DNA of 62,610 nt, counting the filler, from Candidatus Woesearchaeota archaeon (lineage in GTDB: Archaea; Nanobdellota; Nanobdellia; Woesearchaeales; WJIZ01), in assembly GCA_018221205.1 (NCBI GenBank). It is 7 parts of 7 records of this genome, joined end to end, with 100 filler letters (N's around TTAATTAATTAA, not from the genome) between each part and the next. Parts side by side here need not be neighbours in the genome. Positions count along the whole stretch, not along the records: positions 40,081 to 62,610 come from JAAOYF010000020.1; 6 more parts are not named here. One strand, given 5' to 3'. Shown here in pieces: positions 47,834 to 57,766 of the stretch. Position 1 is the first letter of the stretch. The number at the start of each line of letters is the position of its first letter. Both the position numbers and the translations under genes were made by a program. Under the pieces are notes generated by a model. It made no database searches. It had not been told where the DNA came from and worked only from the letters and a program-made list of their open reading frames with translations.

Positions 47834-48004
47834 TTAATGGCAACAACTTCCTCCACGGTGTTTTTGGCTTTTTTTGAGTGCCTGATCAAATTTACTCATA
47901 CAGTCCTGTGAGCAAAACCATTTTTCATGCTTTTCAAGACCTTTACCCTTCTCTTCCTTCATCCCACAGACGGGATCCTTTCGTTTGAACAATCCAAATA
48001 CCAT
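47834..48004 (-). CDS. YHS/TRASH-domain metallochaperone-like protein
   Basis: DPVCGM...WFCSQDC; C-terminal GGSCCH; GGAGG RBS. Confidence 0.85.
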   Translation of the reverse strand: MVFGLFKRKDPVCGMKEEKGKGLEKHEKWFCSQDCMSKFDQALKKSQKHRGGSCCH

Positions 48005-48020
48005 TTTTACCTCCTTGTGA

Positions 48021-48401
48021 CTATAGGCCATCAATGACTTTCTTCAGTTTACCCTCAATCTCATCCGCAATGAGCTTAAGATCTGCATTTTTGATCATGC
48101 CCATCGCAACTGTTGGTAGGATCGCTGAGACAACTGTTTCTCCACCTTTTTCATAGACAATGACGTTGCACGGAAGCATCAGGCCAATATCCTGTTCTGC
48201 CAACAGCGCTTTGTGGGCAAAGGGTGGATTGCATGCCCCTAAAATAAGGTACTTATCAAAGTCAACGTCTAGTTTCTTCTTCAACGTTGCCTGTACATCG
48301 ATCTCAGTTAATACACCGAAGCCTTCTTGCTGCAACTCATCTCTTGTTTTTTTAACCGCATCGTCGAAGGATGCTTCAACTTTTTTCTTGTAGCCATACA
48401 T
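48021..48401 (-). CDS. DUF302-domain protein
   Basis: GFGVLTEID, ILGACNP, GLMLPCNV. Confidence 0.9.
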   Translation of the reverse strand: MYGYKKKVEASFDDAVKKTRDELQQEGFGVLTEIDVQATLKKKLDVDFDKYLILGACNPPFAHKALLAEQDIGLMLPCNVIVYEKGGETVVSAILPTVAMGMIKNADLKLIADEIEGKLKKVIDGL

Positions 48402-48405
48402 ACTA

Positions 48406-49029
48406 TCACCTTCCGATTTTTTTCTTTAGTTTATCATACTCTGCTGTTGTGATCTCTCCCCGTGCTAGTCGACTATTGAGAATTTCAATAGGCGATTGCC
48501 TTTTTCCCTTCTTGGGCTTTACATATTGCTGGACTATCCAGACAATAAGCCAGATTATCAGTCCCCAAAATAGGATCATAAAAAGAAAACCAAATCCGCT
48601 TCCGAACCCGCCGAATCCCATCATGTTCCATCCTCCTCCTTGTGTCTGTAATCCAGTGTTCATCATGTTAGAACCCATCATTCCTCCTGAGCCCATCATA
48701 CCACCTCCCATCATTGTATTCATCATACCAGTAGACATGGCATCATGGTCACCGCAGTAAAATGATTTAGCCATATTGATATGCATTAATCTTAAACTTT
48801 CACTTCCTTCTCCTCCCATCATTTCATCCATAGCTTCATGGGCTTCTCCCGGGTGCATTTGCTCCATATAGTAATCTCCTAGATCTTCCAATTGGTCATT
48901 GGTGAGTTCTTCGCATGGAGTCTTGGATTCAATGATTTTCTCTGCTGTTGCAAAAGTTTCTTCCCCATGTGCCAAAGCAAAAAATATAGTTAGTATGAAT
49001 ACTATTCCCGATGCAATAATCTTTTTCAT
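48406..49029 (-). CDS. Met/His/Gly-rich secreted domain plus TM plus SHOCT domain
   Basis: MEQMHPGEAHEAMDEMMGG, GMM repeats, ILNSRLARGEITTAEY. Confidence 0.85.
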   Translation of the reverse strand: MKKIIASGIVFILTIFFALAHGEETFATAEKIIESKTPCEELTNDQLEDLGDYYMEQMHPGEAHEAMDEMMGGEGSESLRLMHINMAKSFYCGDHDAMSTGMMNTMMGGGMMGSGGMMGSNMMNTGLQTQGGGWNMMGFGGFGSGFGFLFMILFWGLIIWLIVWIVQQYVKPKKGKRQSPIEILNSRLARGEITTAEYDKLKKKIGR

Positions 49030-49034
49030 ATAGT

Positions 49035-49511
49035 TCACCCCTGATTTAAGCCCCATTCAAAGACTCGGTCCTTTATTTTAGGAATTTCCCTTATAGTGAT
49101 TTTGAAATCTTGAATTGGCTTATTGACCTTAAATGTGAGGGTGCCTGAGGCATGATGACCTCCTAGCTTGGGAGCTGAATCAGGTGCAATTGCCTTACCG
49201 TCAAATTCAAGAGTAGTTATTTTCAATAAATCGAATTGGCTCAGATCAACAGAGTGCGTATTTGCAGAAATGTCCACTTCAAGTACCTCATTTTCAACTT
49301 CGTGTGGAATCAACTCTATCTCAACATCCCCTGCACCAGTTGTTCCAGTTACAACAGCATCGGATGCGCTGTCAATGATTTGAGAAGTAGGGGGGAGTTG
49401 ACGATCACCAGACCCGCTATTTATGCCAGGCGCATATCCACTTAGTGAGAATGCTAAAACAATAACGACCAAAATCAAAACTCCGTACAACACGTATTTT
49501 TCATTTTTCAT
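49035..49511 (-). CDS. Membrane-anchored beta-sandwich-like protein with THSVDL/GGHH motifs
   Basis: N-terminal TM; NTHSVDL and GGHHASGTL candidate metal ligands. Confidence 0.78.
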   Translation of the reverse strand: MKNEKYVLYGVLILVVIVLAFSLSGYAPGINSGSGDRQLPPTSQIIDSASDAVVTGTTGAGDVEIELIPHEVENEVLEVDISANTHSVDLSQFDLLKITTLEFDGKAIAPDSAPKLGGHHASGTLTFKVNKPIQDFKITIREIPKIKDRVFEWGLNQG

Positions 49512-49515
49512 TTTT

Positions 49516-50139
49516 TTAACCTCGATTCTTTTGAAATAGTGTATAAATATAAGGTCTAGTATTCCCTGAGGGAGTATGGTAAAGATAATCAAAATACTCG
49601 AGTAGCTCAAAATCCTCCCCTAAGAAATCTTTCAGAGTATTTTGATTATACCTATTGACTTTCAGTCCACAGCATTTTGTAGCGCCGCTTAAAGAAAAAG
49701 CAGCAATAATAACATATCCTCCATGTTTGATAACTTTGTTTAGGGTAGATAGATAAGTATTCTGCTGAGTACTTTCTACTAAGAAGTGGAGCAATGCCCT
49801 ATCATGCCAAACTGCTATATTTTTCAGCTTTTGCAGGTGCTTTGGTTCTGTAACATCATCAATTATCCACCTAATTAAAGATGTTTTTTCTTTTCCTAAC
49901 CTCTCCTTAAGTTTATGGAGAGCCTCTTCGCTTATATCGGCTGCAGTAATATTCTTGTAGCCTTTTTTAACAAGAGAATCAATAAATGTTGATGCGCCTG
50001 CACCTACATCTAGTATGGGGCTATTCGTGTCAATATCGCACTTGGAGATTAGTTGTAGTGAAGGAGAGGGTATTTTCTCATACCAACCTAGATCATTAAT
50101 CTCCTTTGAGGCATATGCGCGGTTCCAATGATCTTTCAT
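49516..50139 (-). CDS. Class I SAM-dependent methyltransferase
   Basis: LDVGAG, ADIS, WHDRA, KCCGL. Confidence 0.88.
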   Translation of the reverse strand: MKDHWNRAYASKEINDLGWYEKIPSPSLQLISKCDIDTNSPILDVGAGASTFIDSLVKKGYKNITAADISEEALHKLKERLGKEKTSLIRWIIDDVTEPKHLQKLKNIAVWHDRALLHFLVESTQQNTYLSTLNKVIKHGGYVIIAAFSLSGATKCCGLKVNRYNQNTLKDFLGEDFELLEYFDYLYHTPSGNTRPYIYTLFQKNRG

Positions 50140-50549
50140 TTCTTCACCTTTTTTTGAATTTTATCTTTGATAAAAAGAGATATACCAAGAATTGCTAATA
50201 TGCCCCCTACAATCCAGAAATATACATTAAACTGCTGAACAGACTGGAAAGGTGTCCCAGCAATGATCAATCCAGAATTTACGATAAGAAGATTTCTCGA
50301 AATACACTTCTTTCTCATATACAGTGCAATAGTGAGGATTAGCAGCCCAAAAGCAACACTCCAGACTGGAACTGCAATCTTGGTGAGAAAGGCCAAAGGC
50401 ATTCCCACTACAGTTATTCCTATGATACTAAGCAATGCGATAATCCCAAGACAAACATTATGGCAAATCTGCCACGAGCCCAATATACTCGCAATTCCTG
50501 AAATGCTTCCCGTACTACCCACTATCTTCTCATTCATATTCTTAATCAT
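50136..50549 (-). CDS. Four-TM membrane protein with CHNVC motif
   Basis: Hydrophobic helices; CxxxC near the first TM, reminiscent of small metal transporters. Confidence 0.7.
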   Translation of the reverse strand: MIKNMNEKIVGSTGSISGIASILGSWQICHNVCLGIIALLSIIGITVVGMPLAFLTKIAVPVWSVAFGLLILTIALYMRKKCISRNLLIVNSGLIIAGTPFQSVQQFNVYFWIVGGILAILGISLFIKDKIQKKVKK

Positions 50550-50551
50550 TG

Positions 50552-50887
50552 TTATACCGTGCTTGCCCACCGTTCTTTTTTTGTTATTCCTTTACACTTG
50601 CAATAATGCTTATAATACGCATCGACATGTTTATCCGTCAGCCTTAGTAATGGAAGGATTGTTGCTGTATCAAGTCCATATATCCTTTGTTTTCCTTTAG
50701 GAGTCATAGTGACAAACCCCATCTCCTTTAATTTTTTTAGAGTGTGGCTTACCCTGCTCTGCTCGAATTTGAGTTGTTTGCATATCTCATTCACGCTTTT
50801 ACTTCCTTCCCTCAACAGCTTGATAATCTCAAGCTTTGTTGGATCAGACAGATTCTGGAAAAATTGTATATATGTGTTACATATCAT
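50552..50887 (-). CDS. ArsR/SmtB-family metalloregulator
   Basis: LSDPTKLEII, SVNEI, QSRVSH.L, GKQRIY; C-terminal HYCKC. Confidence 0.92.
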   Translation of the reverse strand: MICNTYIQFFQNLSDPTKLEIIKLLREGSKSVNEICKQLKFEQSRVSHTLKKLKEMGFVTMTPKGKQRIYGLDTATILPLLRLTDKHVDAYYKHYCKCKGITKKERWASTV

Positions 50888-50922
50888 ATGATTTTGAATA
50901 CATATGTTCTATTTATATGTTT

Positions 50923-51702
50923 CTATTTTTGTTTATATATCATAACATTCAGCTCGGAATCGATAATCTCCTTAAAGTACTCAAAAGACTTCGCACCTGA
51001 AACAAAACGTCCATTGATAATGAAACTCGGAGTCCCCATGACACCAAGTCGAACTCCATTCAGCAAATCTTCTTTCACCAAAGAGGCATATTTCTTATTA
51101 TGCAAACAATTGCTAAATTCAGCACTTAGGTTGAGGCCAACTGCGTACTGTTCAAACTGGACAATTCCACCCTCTACTCCCCTCTCAAAGAGCATATCAT
51201 GCATTTCCCAAAATTTTCCTTGCTCTCGTGCACACTCTGCTGCCTCTGCAGCTAGTTGAGAGTTGGGATGAATATTGAGAAGAGGGAAGTGCCTAAATGT
51301 AAACCTAACCTTTCCGGTATTAATATACTCGTCTTCAATGAGTCTAAAAGTCTCGTCATAGAATCTATTGCTAAAATCACATTCAAAATTGGCAAATTCA
51401 ATCATAGTTACCGGGGCATCTGGATCACCTTTGAAAATCGTATTTTTAGTTACGAGCAGGCTCATATCAACCATATCTTCTTTTAAAGCCTGAGCTTGGT
51501 CTTCTGGTAATAAATCCATAGCTTGGTTTTGGATTGATATATCTTCCTTATTACCATTGGCAACATCAAACCAGTTTTTTACAAGCAGTGTAGAAATAAA
51601 TAGAACCACAATGATAACTAGAGGGAAGATGCTTTTGAATTTCGGAGAAGACCTACCTACATGGACTTGTTTTTGGTTTTTTCCACTCTTTTTTGGAATC
51701 AT
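50923..51702 (-). CDS. Membrane-anchored DsbA-family thioredoxin-fold protein (CxxS variant)
   Basis: GDPDAPVTMIEF.NFECDFS, RHFPL, GTPSFIING. Confidence 0.88.
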   Translation of the reverse strand: MIPKKSGKNQKQVHVGRSSPKFKSIFPLVIIVVLFISTLLVKNWFDVANGNKEDISIQNQAMDLLPEDQAQALKEDMVDMSLLVTKNTIFKGDPDAPVTMIEFANFECDFSNRFYDETFRLIEDEYINTGKVRFTFRHFPLLNIHPNSQLAAEAAECAREQGKFWEMHDMLFERGVEGGIVQFEQYAVGLNLSAEFSNCLHNKKYASLVKEDLLNGVRLGVMGTPSFIINGRFVSGAKSFEYFKEIIDSELNVMIYKQK

Positions 51703-51771
51703 AGAAGTACGTAACAAAACACCATATAAATACAAGATTGAAAATTAGGGAAAAAATAGTGAAAATAGTCC

Positions 51772-52428
51772 TTATGCCACTAATAATCCGTCAATAACGA
51801 TTTTTATCCCAATGAGAACACATATTGATCCGGCAGTATATTCCAGATTATATTTTCTGAGCTTTGCAAGCGGAATAGAAATCAATCCAGAAACAAAGGC
51901 CATACCTATAATTGAACTTGCTCCAAATAAAAGAATGAATAATATTCCATAGGTAAGCTTAGAAACAGTGGCTAGAATGAGTATAATTAATGGTCCGCTT
52001 CCTGCCAAACCATGAACTAAGCCGATATAGAAAGGATAATGATTGTGCTCATGATGACTACCTGTCACATGCGAATGAAAGTGCGTATGAACCAGTCCTT
52101 CATGACCGTGCCGATGAATATGAATCCGTTTCCTTTTTATAAGGAAAATTGACCTTAATCCAAGCGCTACTAGCATTACTCCCACAACCATCTCAAAGAA
52201 TGTGATAGTAATAGCAGATAGTCTTATCTTAAAGGCCAGCAAAAAAACTCCCACAAAAAGCAAAGTCATACTATGGCCTAGGCCCCACCTAATCCCATTC
52301 TGGACAAACTCCATAAAAGAAGTATCGCGTTTTGAAAGAGTAACTAATGCAGTTATATGGTCGGGCTCGAGTGAATGTTGCAGCCCAAGAATAACGCCAG
52401 CGCCAATAACTGTTATTATTTCAAGCAT
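51772..52428 (-). CDS. UreH/NicO-like Ni/Co transporter-family membrane protein
   Basis: HSLEPDH, WGLGHS, His-rich loop, GLVHGLAGS. Confidence 0.88.
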   Translation of the reverse strand: MLEIITVIGAGVILGLQHSLEPDHITALVTLSKRDTSFMEFVQNGIRWGLGHSMTLLFVGVFLLAFKIRLSAITITFFEMVVGVMLVALGLRSIFLIKRKRIHIHRHGHEGLVHTHFHSHVTGSHHEHNHYPFYIGLVHGLAGSGPLIILILATVSKLTYGILFILLFGASSIIGMAFVSGLISIPLAKLRKYNLEYTAGSICVLIGIKIVIDGLLVA

Positions 52429-52429
52429 T

Positions 52430-54175
52430 CTATCCTATTATCCTTCTACCTGCAGAGGTTATTCTTAATGACTTATAACGTCCCCTTCTTTCAACTTGTA
52501 CAAGGCCCAATCCTTGAAGCTTATTGATTTTAACTCGGGTTGTGGGCTTGGTAATTTTGAACTGAGAAGTAATATCTGAGTAAGAGGCCAGTTGGTTTTT
52601 AATGTTTTTATCGTTGATATAATGTAATATGTTCATTTCGCTATCTGGCAGATCAATTCCTTTTTTGAGCTGTTTACCATACACATCAATGGCCTCAGCC
52701 TCTATAGCTTTCAGTGCGTTATCGGTAACAAGTGAGGGATTGAGAGAAAGAATGATGATACTCCCACTGGACTGTATAAGATCTCGAAGTGCCTGAATCT
52801 TTTCAATCACTGCCTCAAGTTTGTTTTCACGAATGAGATAATCAAGTCGGTCAATTAAGACAACTCCTTTATTGCATTTTTTGATGAATTGAGATATCAA
52901 ATCATATAGATTATGGACATTCGTTTCAGAAGGAACATCTTCAATATTTTCTCGTGACATCCATATAAACGATGTCTTTTCCAAATTGTATCTCTTTTTA
53001 AAACTCCCAGGGTTCTCTCTTACAATGCCTAATCCTGCAAATCCTTTGTTAAGTGTACCAATGAATAATTCGTGGGCATGGTTTTCTTCGTCCTCAGGGA
53101 CCAAATACATTTTGCTCGACTCAAGCACTATTTCAGCTCTATTATATTTCTCGCTCTCTACACCCACCTGGATGCCCAATTTCTCTAAAGTGAGATGAGC
53201 TTTTTTTAGCCTAAAGGTAGTTTCCTCTTTTGATTTGTATATGGTTACAAAGGAAATGAATATGACTATAGCGACAATTGAGATAAAAATCAGACTGAAT
53301 AAATGCCTGTTCTGAACTGATTTGATTTCAGTTCCCATACTCTCCATAGGAGCCAGCACCACAAGCCTCCAAGTCTCGGAATCAAATACTAAATCAGCGG
53401 ATGTTATAATGGTCTTCCCATAACCATTAAAGTCTGTTATGATATTAAGATTGGCATCTGCTGCAGGAAATAAATTTTTTATTTCAGAATAGTCATTCAA
53501 CTCTTCACTCTTGATAATCGTTTCTTCAGTTTCCAAATCAAAAAGCAGATAAAAATTTCTTCCACTGTTAAGGATGGGGTGGATATAGAGATTATACAGA
53601 TTGTTCATTTCAATAATACTCATAAGGATTCCTTGAAAATCTCCAACAAAATTAGGGTAGGGAGTGTAACTTAAGGTCTCAAATAGCGGAGCAGAAATTA
53701 TGATCTGAGTATTGCTACCCTGCCTCGCACCAGTAACATGGGGCTCATTTGTCTCTTTGGGAACAGCAAAATAATCTTTACTTCTAATATTTAGCCCAAG
53801 GATATCAGCAAATTCGGTAGGGGAACATTCTACCACATTTCCATACATATCTACTCTGAAAAGAGAACCGATTTTTCCGGCAACCTTTTCTTCTCCAATT
53901 CTTACTTCATCACTACACTCACTTCTTGCTGACGAATCTGTAAGGGGAAATTTGCTCAATGTTACCAATTCATCCTTTACTTGGATAATATGATTCTCCA
54001 TTCTCCCAGCTGCATGTTCTGTTTCGGTCAACTGATTCTCCTTGATTTGATCGGTTATGACACGTTCAATATTTGAGAATGAGATAAAGTTAGTGAGTAT
54101 TACAACCCCTATGACGACTAAAGAAATGAATGCAATAAGGAAAGGTCCATTACCTTTCACTAACTTTTCCCTCAT
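52430..54175 (-). CDS. Membrane one-component regulator: Cache-like sensor, DUF835-like domain and wHTH
   Basis: TM-extracellular domain (KDYF..P) -TM; GLGIVRENP..VVLIDRLDYL; C-terminal ITKPTTRVKINKL..GLV HTH. Confidence 0.75.
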   Translation of the reverse strand: MREKLVKGNGPFLIAFISLVVIGVVILTNFISFSNIERVITDQIKENQLTETEHAAGRMENHIIQVKDELVTLSKFPLTDSSARSECSDEVRIGEEKVAGKIGSLFRVDMYGNVVECSPTEFADILGLNIRSKDYFAVPKETNEPHVTGARQGSNTQIIISAPLFETLSYTPYPNFVGDFQGILMSIIEMNNLYNLYIHPILNSGRNFYLLFDLETEETIIKSEELNDYSEIKNLFPAADANLNIITDFNGYGKTIITSADLVFDSETWRLVVLAPMESMGTEIKSVQNRHLFSLIFISIVAIVIFISFVTIYKSKEETTFRLKKAHLTLEKLGIQVGVESEKYNRAEIVLESSKMYLVPEDEENHAHELFIGTLNKGFAGLGIVRENPGSFKKRYNLEKTSFIWMSRENIEDVPSETNVHNLYDLISQFIKKCNKGVVLIDRLDYLIRENKLEAVIEKIQALRDLIQSSGSIIILSLNPSLVTDNALKAIEAEAIDVYGKQLKKGIDLPDSEMNILHYINDKNIKNQLASYSDITSQFKITKPTTRVKINKLQGLGLVQVERRGRYKSLRITSAGRRIIG

Positions 54176-54299
54176 ACATCTGGAGAAAAATGAAGGGTAT
54201 ATAAATTTTCCCTATTTTTTCACTAACATTTCTCTGCCTTTAAATATGAGGTTAAAGACTACTATCTTAATGGGGCAACCCGATTGACAGGTGGATACT

Positions 54300-55115
54300 A
54301 TGAATAAAAAAAAGCAGACGATCAAAAAACCGAATAGGTATCTTCTCTTAGGTGCCTTAAGTGCTTTACTGATAGTAAGCGCTTTTTTTGCTTATCCCTT
54401 CCTTCGCCATGCTATGGGTGAGAAAGAAATGGTAACCCAGAGCATAAGCCAGAGCAAAACGCTTGGCTTAGATTCTAAGTCCCCAAGGGAATACTATGAT
54501 ATGTTTCAATGTCCCTGTTGCGGCCAACCTGTCGATACTGGTTGTTGTGGAATGGCCAAGCAACGCAAGGAACACCTTGACGGGCTTTTATTGGAGGGTG
54601 TACAGGATACAGAAGTTGCCGTTCAAATGGTAAAAAAATTTGGTTTCGGGACACTCATGGACCCGGCTCAAGAAAAAGAGATTAAAGAATATCTTGTAAG
54701 TAAGGCACCTGATAATCCTCCTAAAATAGCAGTTGAGAGTCCTCGCTATGATTTTGGAACCATCTCTCAGAGCCAGGGCATTGTCTCAACTTCCTTTAAG
54801 ATTACCAATACAGGTGAAAGTGATCTGATCATCGATAGTCTTGATACAAGTTGTATGTGCACAACAGCAAAACTAGTGTACAAAGGGGAGGAGAGCCCCG
54901 AATTCGGTATGAGTATGCATGGTACTAATCCTAAGAATTTTGAGTTGCGAATACCTCCCGGAGATTCTACAGAACTTAAAGTCTTCTACGATCCTATGGC
55001 GCATGGGAAGCAGAAAAAGCCAGAAATGAGGATAGTAAGAGAAGTGACTATAACCTCAAATGACCCTGTTGACTTTCAGAAAGGGGTAAGGATAGAACTA
55101 ACACAGGTACGATGA
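54300..55115 (+). CDS. Anchored Cys-cluster domain plus DUF1573-like Ig domain
   Basis: TM; FQCPCCG..GCCG; YDFG...TSCMCT...IPPG...SNDP. Confidence 0.8.
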   Translation: MNKKKQTIKKPNRYLLLGALSALLIVSAFFAYPFLRHAMGEKEMVTQSISQSKTLGLDSKSPREYYDMFQCPCCGQPVDTGCCGMAKQRKEHLDGLLLEGVQDTEVAVQMVKKFGFGTLMDPAQEKEIKEYLVSKAPDNPPKIAVESPRYDFGTISQSQGIVSTSFKITNTGESDLIIDSLDTSCMCTTAKLVYKGEESPEFGMSMHGTNPKNFELRIPPGDSTELKVFYDPMAHGKQKKPEMRIVREVTITSNDPVDFQKGVRIELTQVR

Positions 55116-55720
55116 TGACAGAGACCCAAGAACAAGAGGATTTTTCTCAATTGAGTAAAGCTCAACGGAAGAAACTGAAGAAGGAACGTAAGCAACAGGA
55201 AAAGGAGCAGCATAGGATAAACAAAGAAAGACGAAGTCGAAGACGAAAATTGAGAAATTATGGAGTAGTGCTGCTTATAATTATCGCTTTGGCAGGATTC
55301 ATCTACATGCGGTCTATTCCTCCAAAGAATGCTCCGATTATTGAAATTACTCCTGCAGTGTATAATTTTGGCTCTGTAAGCCAATTGGGAGGAGTAGTGA
55401 GTACTGAATTAGATGTTCGGAACACAGGCACAGGGGATCTTGTGCTTACAAATATGGGGACATCATGCATGTGCACAAGCGCCTCAATAGTAAGCAATGG
55501 AGAAGAAGGGCCTGCTTTTGGAATGGCTTCTCATGGGACAAATCCAAAAAATTGGAAGCATGTAATTCCTCCGGGAGAGTCTAGTAAGCTTAAGATAAGC
55601 TATGATCCAAATGCTCATCCCGAACTTCGTGGAGCTGTCACAAGATCAGTGTCCATCACCTCAAATGATCCAAGAAGTCGAAATAAGGAAGTGAGAATTA
55701 ATGTACTGCAGACAGATTGA
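55112..55720 (+). CDS. Anchored DUF1573-like protein
   Basis: Basic N-terminus, TM, YNFG...TSCMCT..FGMASHG...SNDP. Confidence 0.85.
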   Translation: MMTETQEQEDFSQLSKAQRKKLKKERKQQEKEQHRINKERRSRRRKLRNYGVVLLIIIALAGFIYMRSIPPKNAPIIEITPAVYNFGSVSQLGGVVSTELDVRNTGTGDLVLTNMGTSCMCTSASIVSNGEEGPAFGMASHGTNPKNWKHVIPPGESSKLKISYDPNAHPELRGAVTRSVSITSNDPRSRNKEVRINVLQTD

Positions 55721-55729
55721 GTGGTTAGA

Positions 55730-56512
55730 ATGAGAAAGGAATTGCTTATCATTTTCATTGTTATGTTCATAGGCCTTGTTAGTGGATGCACCTCACAGAG
55801 GGGCATACCAAAAATTGAATTAAGCGCCACATCGTTTGATTTAGGGGATATAAATCCTGACGAAGGTAGTAGAATAGAGATATTTTCTGTCAAGAATGTT
55901 GGCAACGCACCATTATTAATCACCTCAGTCAGCACTTCTTGTGGATGTACTGAAGCAGAAGTCCACCCGGACACTGTCCAACCAGGAGAAGAAGCAACTC
56001 TCACTGTTACCTATGACCCCTCTGTGCATCCTGGCCTTGTTGGGGAGATGGAGCGGGTTGTATACATCAAGAGCAATGATCCATTACAAAAGGAAGTTGA
56101 GTTGGAACTTGTTGGAAATTCATTGCCTTCAGCTAATCCAGTTATTACTCAGGAAAAAGATCATGATGAGGATGCTAAAATGAATTTTGAAATATCACCA
56201 TTTGAACTGAATGAAAAGATACATAATAAAGAATCTTTCAAGCTGTTGGATGTACGTGAAGATTTTGAATATGAGGAAAATCATCTTAAGGATACGAGCC
56301 TTCTTTCAGTCAATAAAATAACCCAGGAAGAGTTAGATAAACTTGGGCTCAAAAAAGATGATGAAATTGTCGTCTATTGCCGTTCTGGTAGAAGAAGTGC
56401 CAAAGCATATGAATTACTCACTGCATTGGGCTACTCTAATGTAAAAAGTTTGCAAGGAGGAATTCTTCATTGGATGGAAGAAGGATATTCTGTTGTGAGG
56501 GGGATGCCCTGA
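55730..56512 (+). CDS. Lipoprotein: DUF1573-like domain fused to rhodanese
   Basis: Lipobox VSGC; TSCGCT; LLDVRE, YCRSGRRS, LQGGI..W. Confidence 0.88.
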   Translation: MRKELLIIFIVMFIGLVSGCTSQRGIPKIELSATSFDLGDINPDEGSRIEIFSVKNVGNAPLLITSVSTSCGCTEAEVHPDTVQPGEEATLTVTYDPSVHPGLVGEMERVVYIKSNDPLQKEVELELVGNSLPSANPVITQEKDHDEDAKMNFEISPFELNEKIHNKESFKLLDVREDFEYEENHLKDTSLLSVNKITQEELDKLGLKKDDEIVVYCRSGRRSAKAYELLTALGYSNVKSLQGGILHWMEEGYSVVRGMP

Positions 56513-57753
56513 TGATTGCTAGGAGCAAGAAATCCATGAAGATAGCATGCATACTTATGTCAGTCTTTTTCCTGACCATTTTGTCAAGCATCCAGATATC
56601 AGCCCAAGAGCATTCTTATGAAACTGCTACTATTTACTATAATGAAGCATGCACCATGTGTGCCATGTATATCAAGCAAGAATTGATACCTACGCTAGAG
56701 GAGAATGGCATCCAGAATATTATAAAAAAGGATTACGTAAATGAAAAAGAAAATCGTGTAGAACTCAACAAGCTGAATGAGAAATATAATGTACCTCCTG
56801 CTTTACAGGGTCATTTTGTTGTGTTTATCGACGATAAAATAGTGCTAGGAGGACATGTTCCAAAACATGTTATAGTCGATTTACTTTCAAAAGAAATTGA
56901 AGTAGACAAGATCCTTGTTCTTCAGGATGAGATGCAGAATGCAGAATCCTATTTTGCATGGGGTTTTAAAGGAGAAGCACAGGAATACGAAATCGATGCA
57001 CCGATACAAAATTATATTGATTGGTATGAGGAAAATAAAGACAGCTTAATTGTTCCGGAAAATTATGAAGATTACTGGAACTTTGCCAAGCTTTTTCCTA
57101 TGGTGACCATAGGCGGGTTTCTTGATGGATTAAATCCTTGCGCCTTTGCCGTACTCCTTTTCTTTGTGGCATTCCTCTTTACCTTAAACAGATTAAAAAA
57201 AGATATTTTAAAGATTGGCTTTGTGTATATACTGGCAATTTACATAGCTTATGTCCTTATAGGGTTAGGCATTGTGCAGGCTTTTATTTTTACTGGGCAG
57301 GAGCACCTTATGGCGAAGATCAGTTCATATTTAGTGATTCTCCTGGGACTCATCAACATCAAGGACTATTTTTGGTACGGGAAAGGAATTACGTTAAGCC
57401 CTAACATACGCATGGGATTTTATAAAAAATGGCTCCAGAAATTAACGATTCCTTCAGTCTTTTTTGTAGGATTTCTAGTTGGATTATGTACCTTTCCCTG
57501 TTCAGGTGGAATCTACGTGGCTATACTTGGACTCTTATCTGCAAAAACAACGTATACTCAGGGATTATATTATCTTTTCTATTATAATTTCATGTTTGTC
57601 CTGCCACTTGTTATCACTCTCTTTTTCCTATCGAACAAGAAGACAGTAGGAACACTTCTTGTCAAGATGGGAGAACATAAAAGAATGCTGAAGCTTATCA
57701 CCGGGATAATCATGATAGCACTCGGAATAATCATATTGGTATGGTTTGTATGA
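56512..57753 (+). CDS. Thioredoxin-like CxxC domain fused to CcdA/DsbD-like TM domain
   Basis: Signal peptide; ACTMC; DGLNPC and FPCSGG.Y TM cysteines. Confidence 0.85.
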   Translation: MIARSKKSMKIACILMSVFFLTILSSIQISAQEHSYETATIYYNEACTMCAMYIKQELIPTLEENGIQNIIKKDYVNEKENRVELNKLNEKYNVPPALQGHFVVFIDDKIVLGGHVPKHVIVDLLSKEIEVDKILVLQDEMQNAESYFAWGFKGEAQEYEIDAPIQNYIDWYEENKDSLIVPENYEDYWNFAKLFPMVTIGGFLDGLNPCAFAVLLFFVAFLFTLNRLKKDILKIGFVYILAIYIAYVLIGLGIVQAFIFTGQEHLMAKISSYLVILLGLINIKDYFWYGKGITLSPNIRMGFYKKWLQKLTIPSVFFVGFLVGLCTFPCSGGIYVAILGLLSAKTTYTQGLYYLFYYNFMFVLPLVITLFFLSNKKTVGTLLVKMGEHKRMLKLITGIIMIALGIIILVWFV

Positions 57754-57766
57754 TGGAGGACAAAAA

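Noticed and set aside
51772..52428. Urease cluster
   Set aside because: Only the UreH/NicO-like transporter is present; no urease subunits
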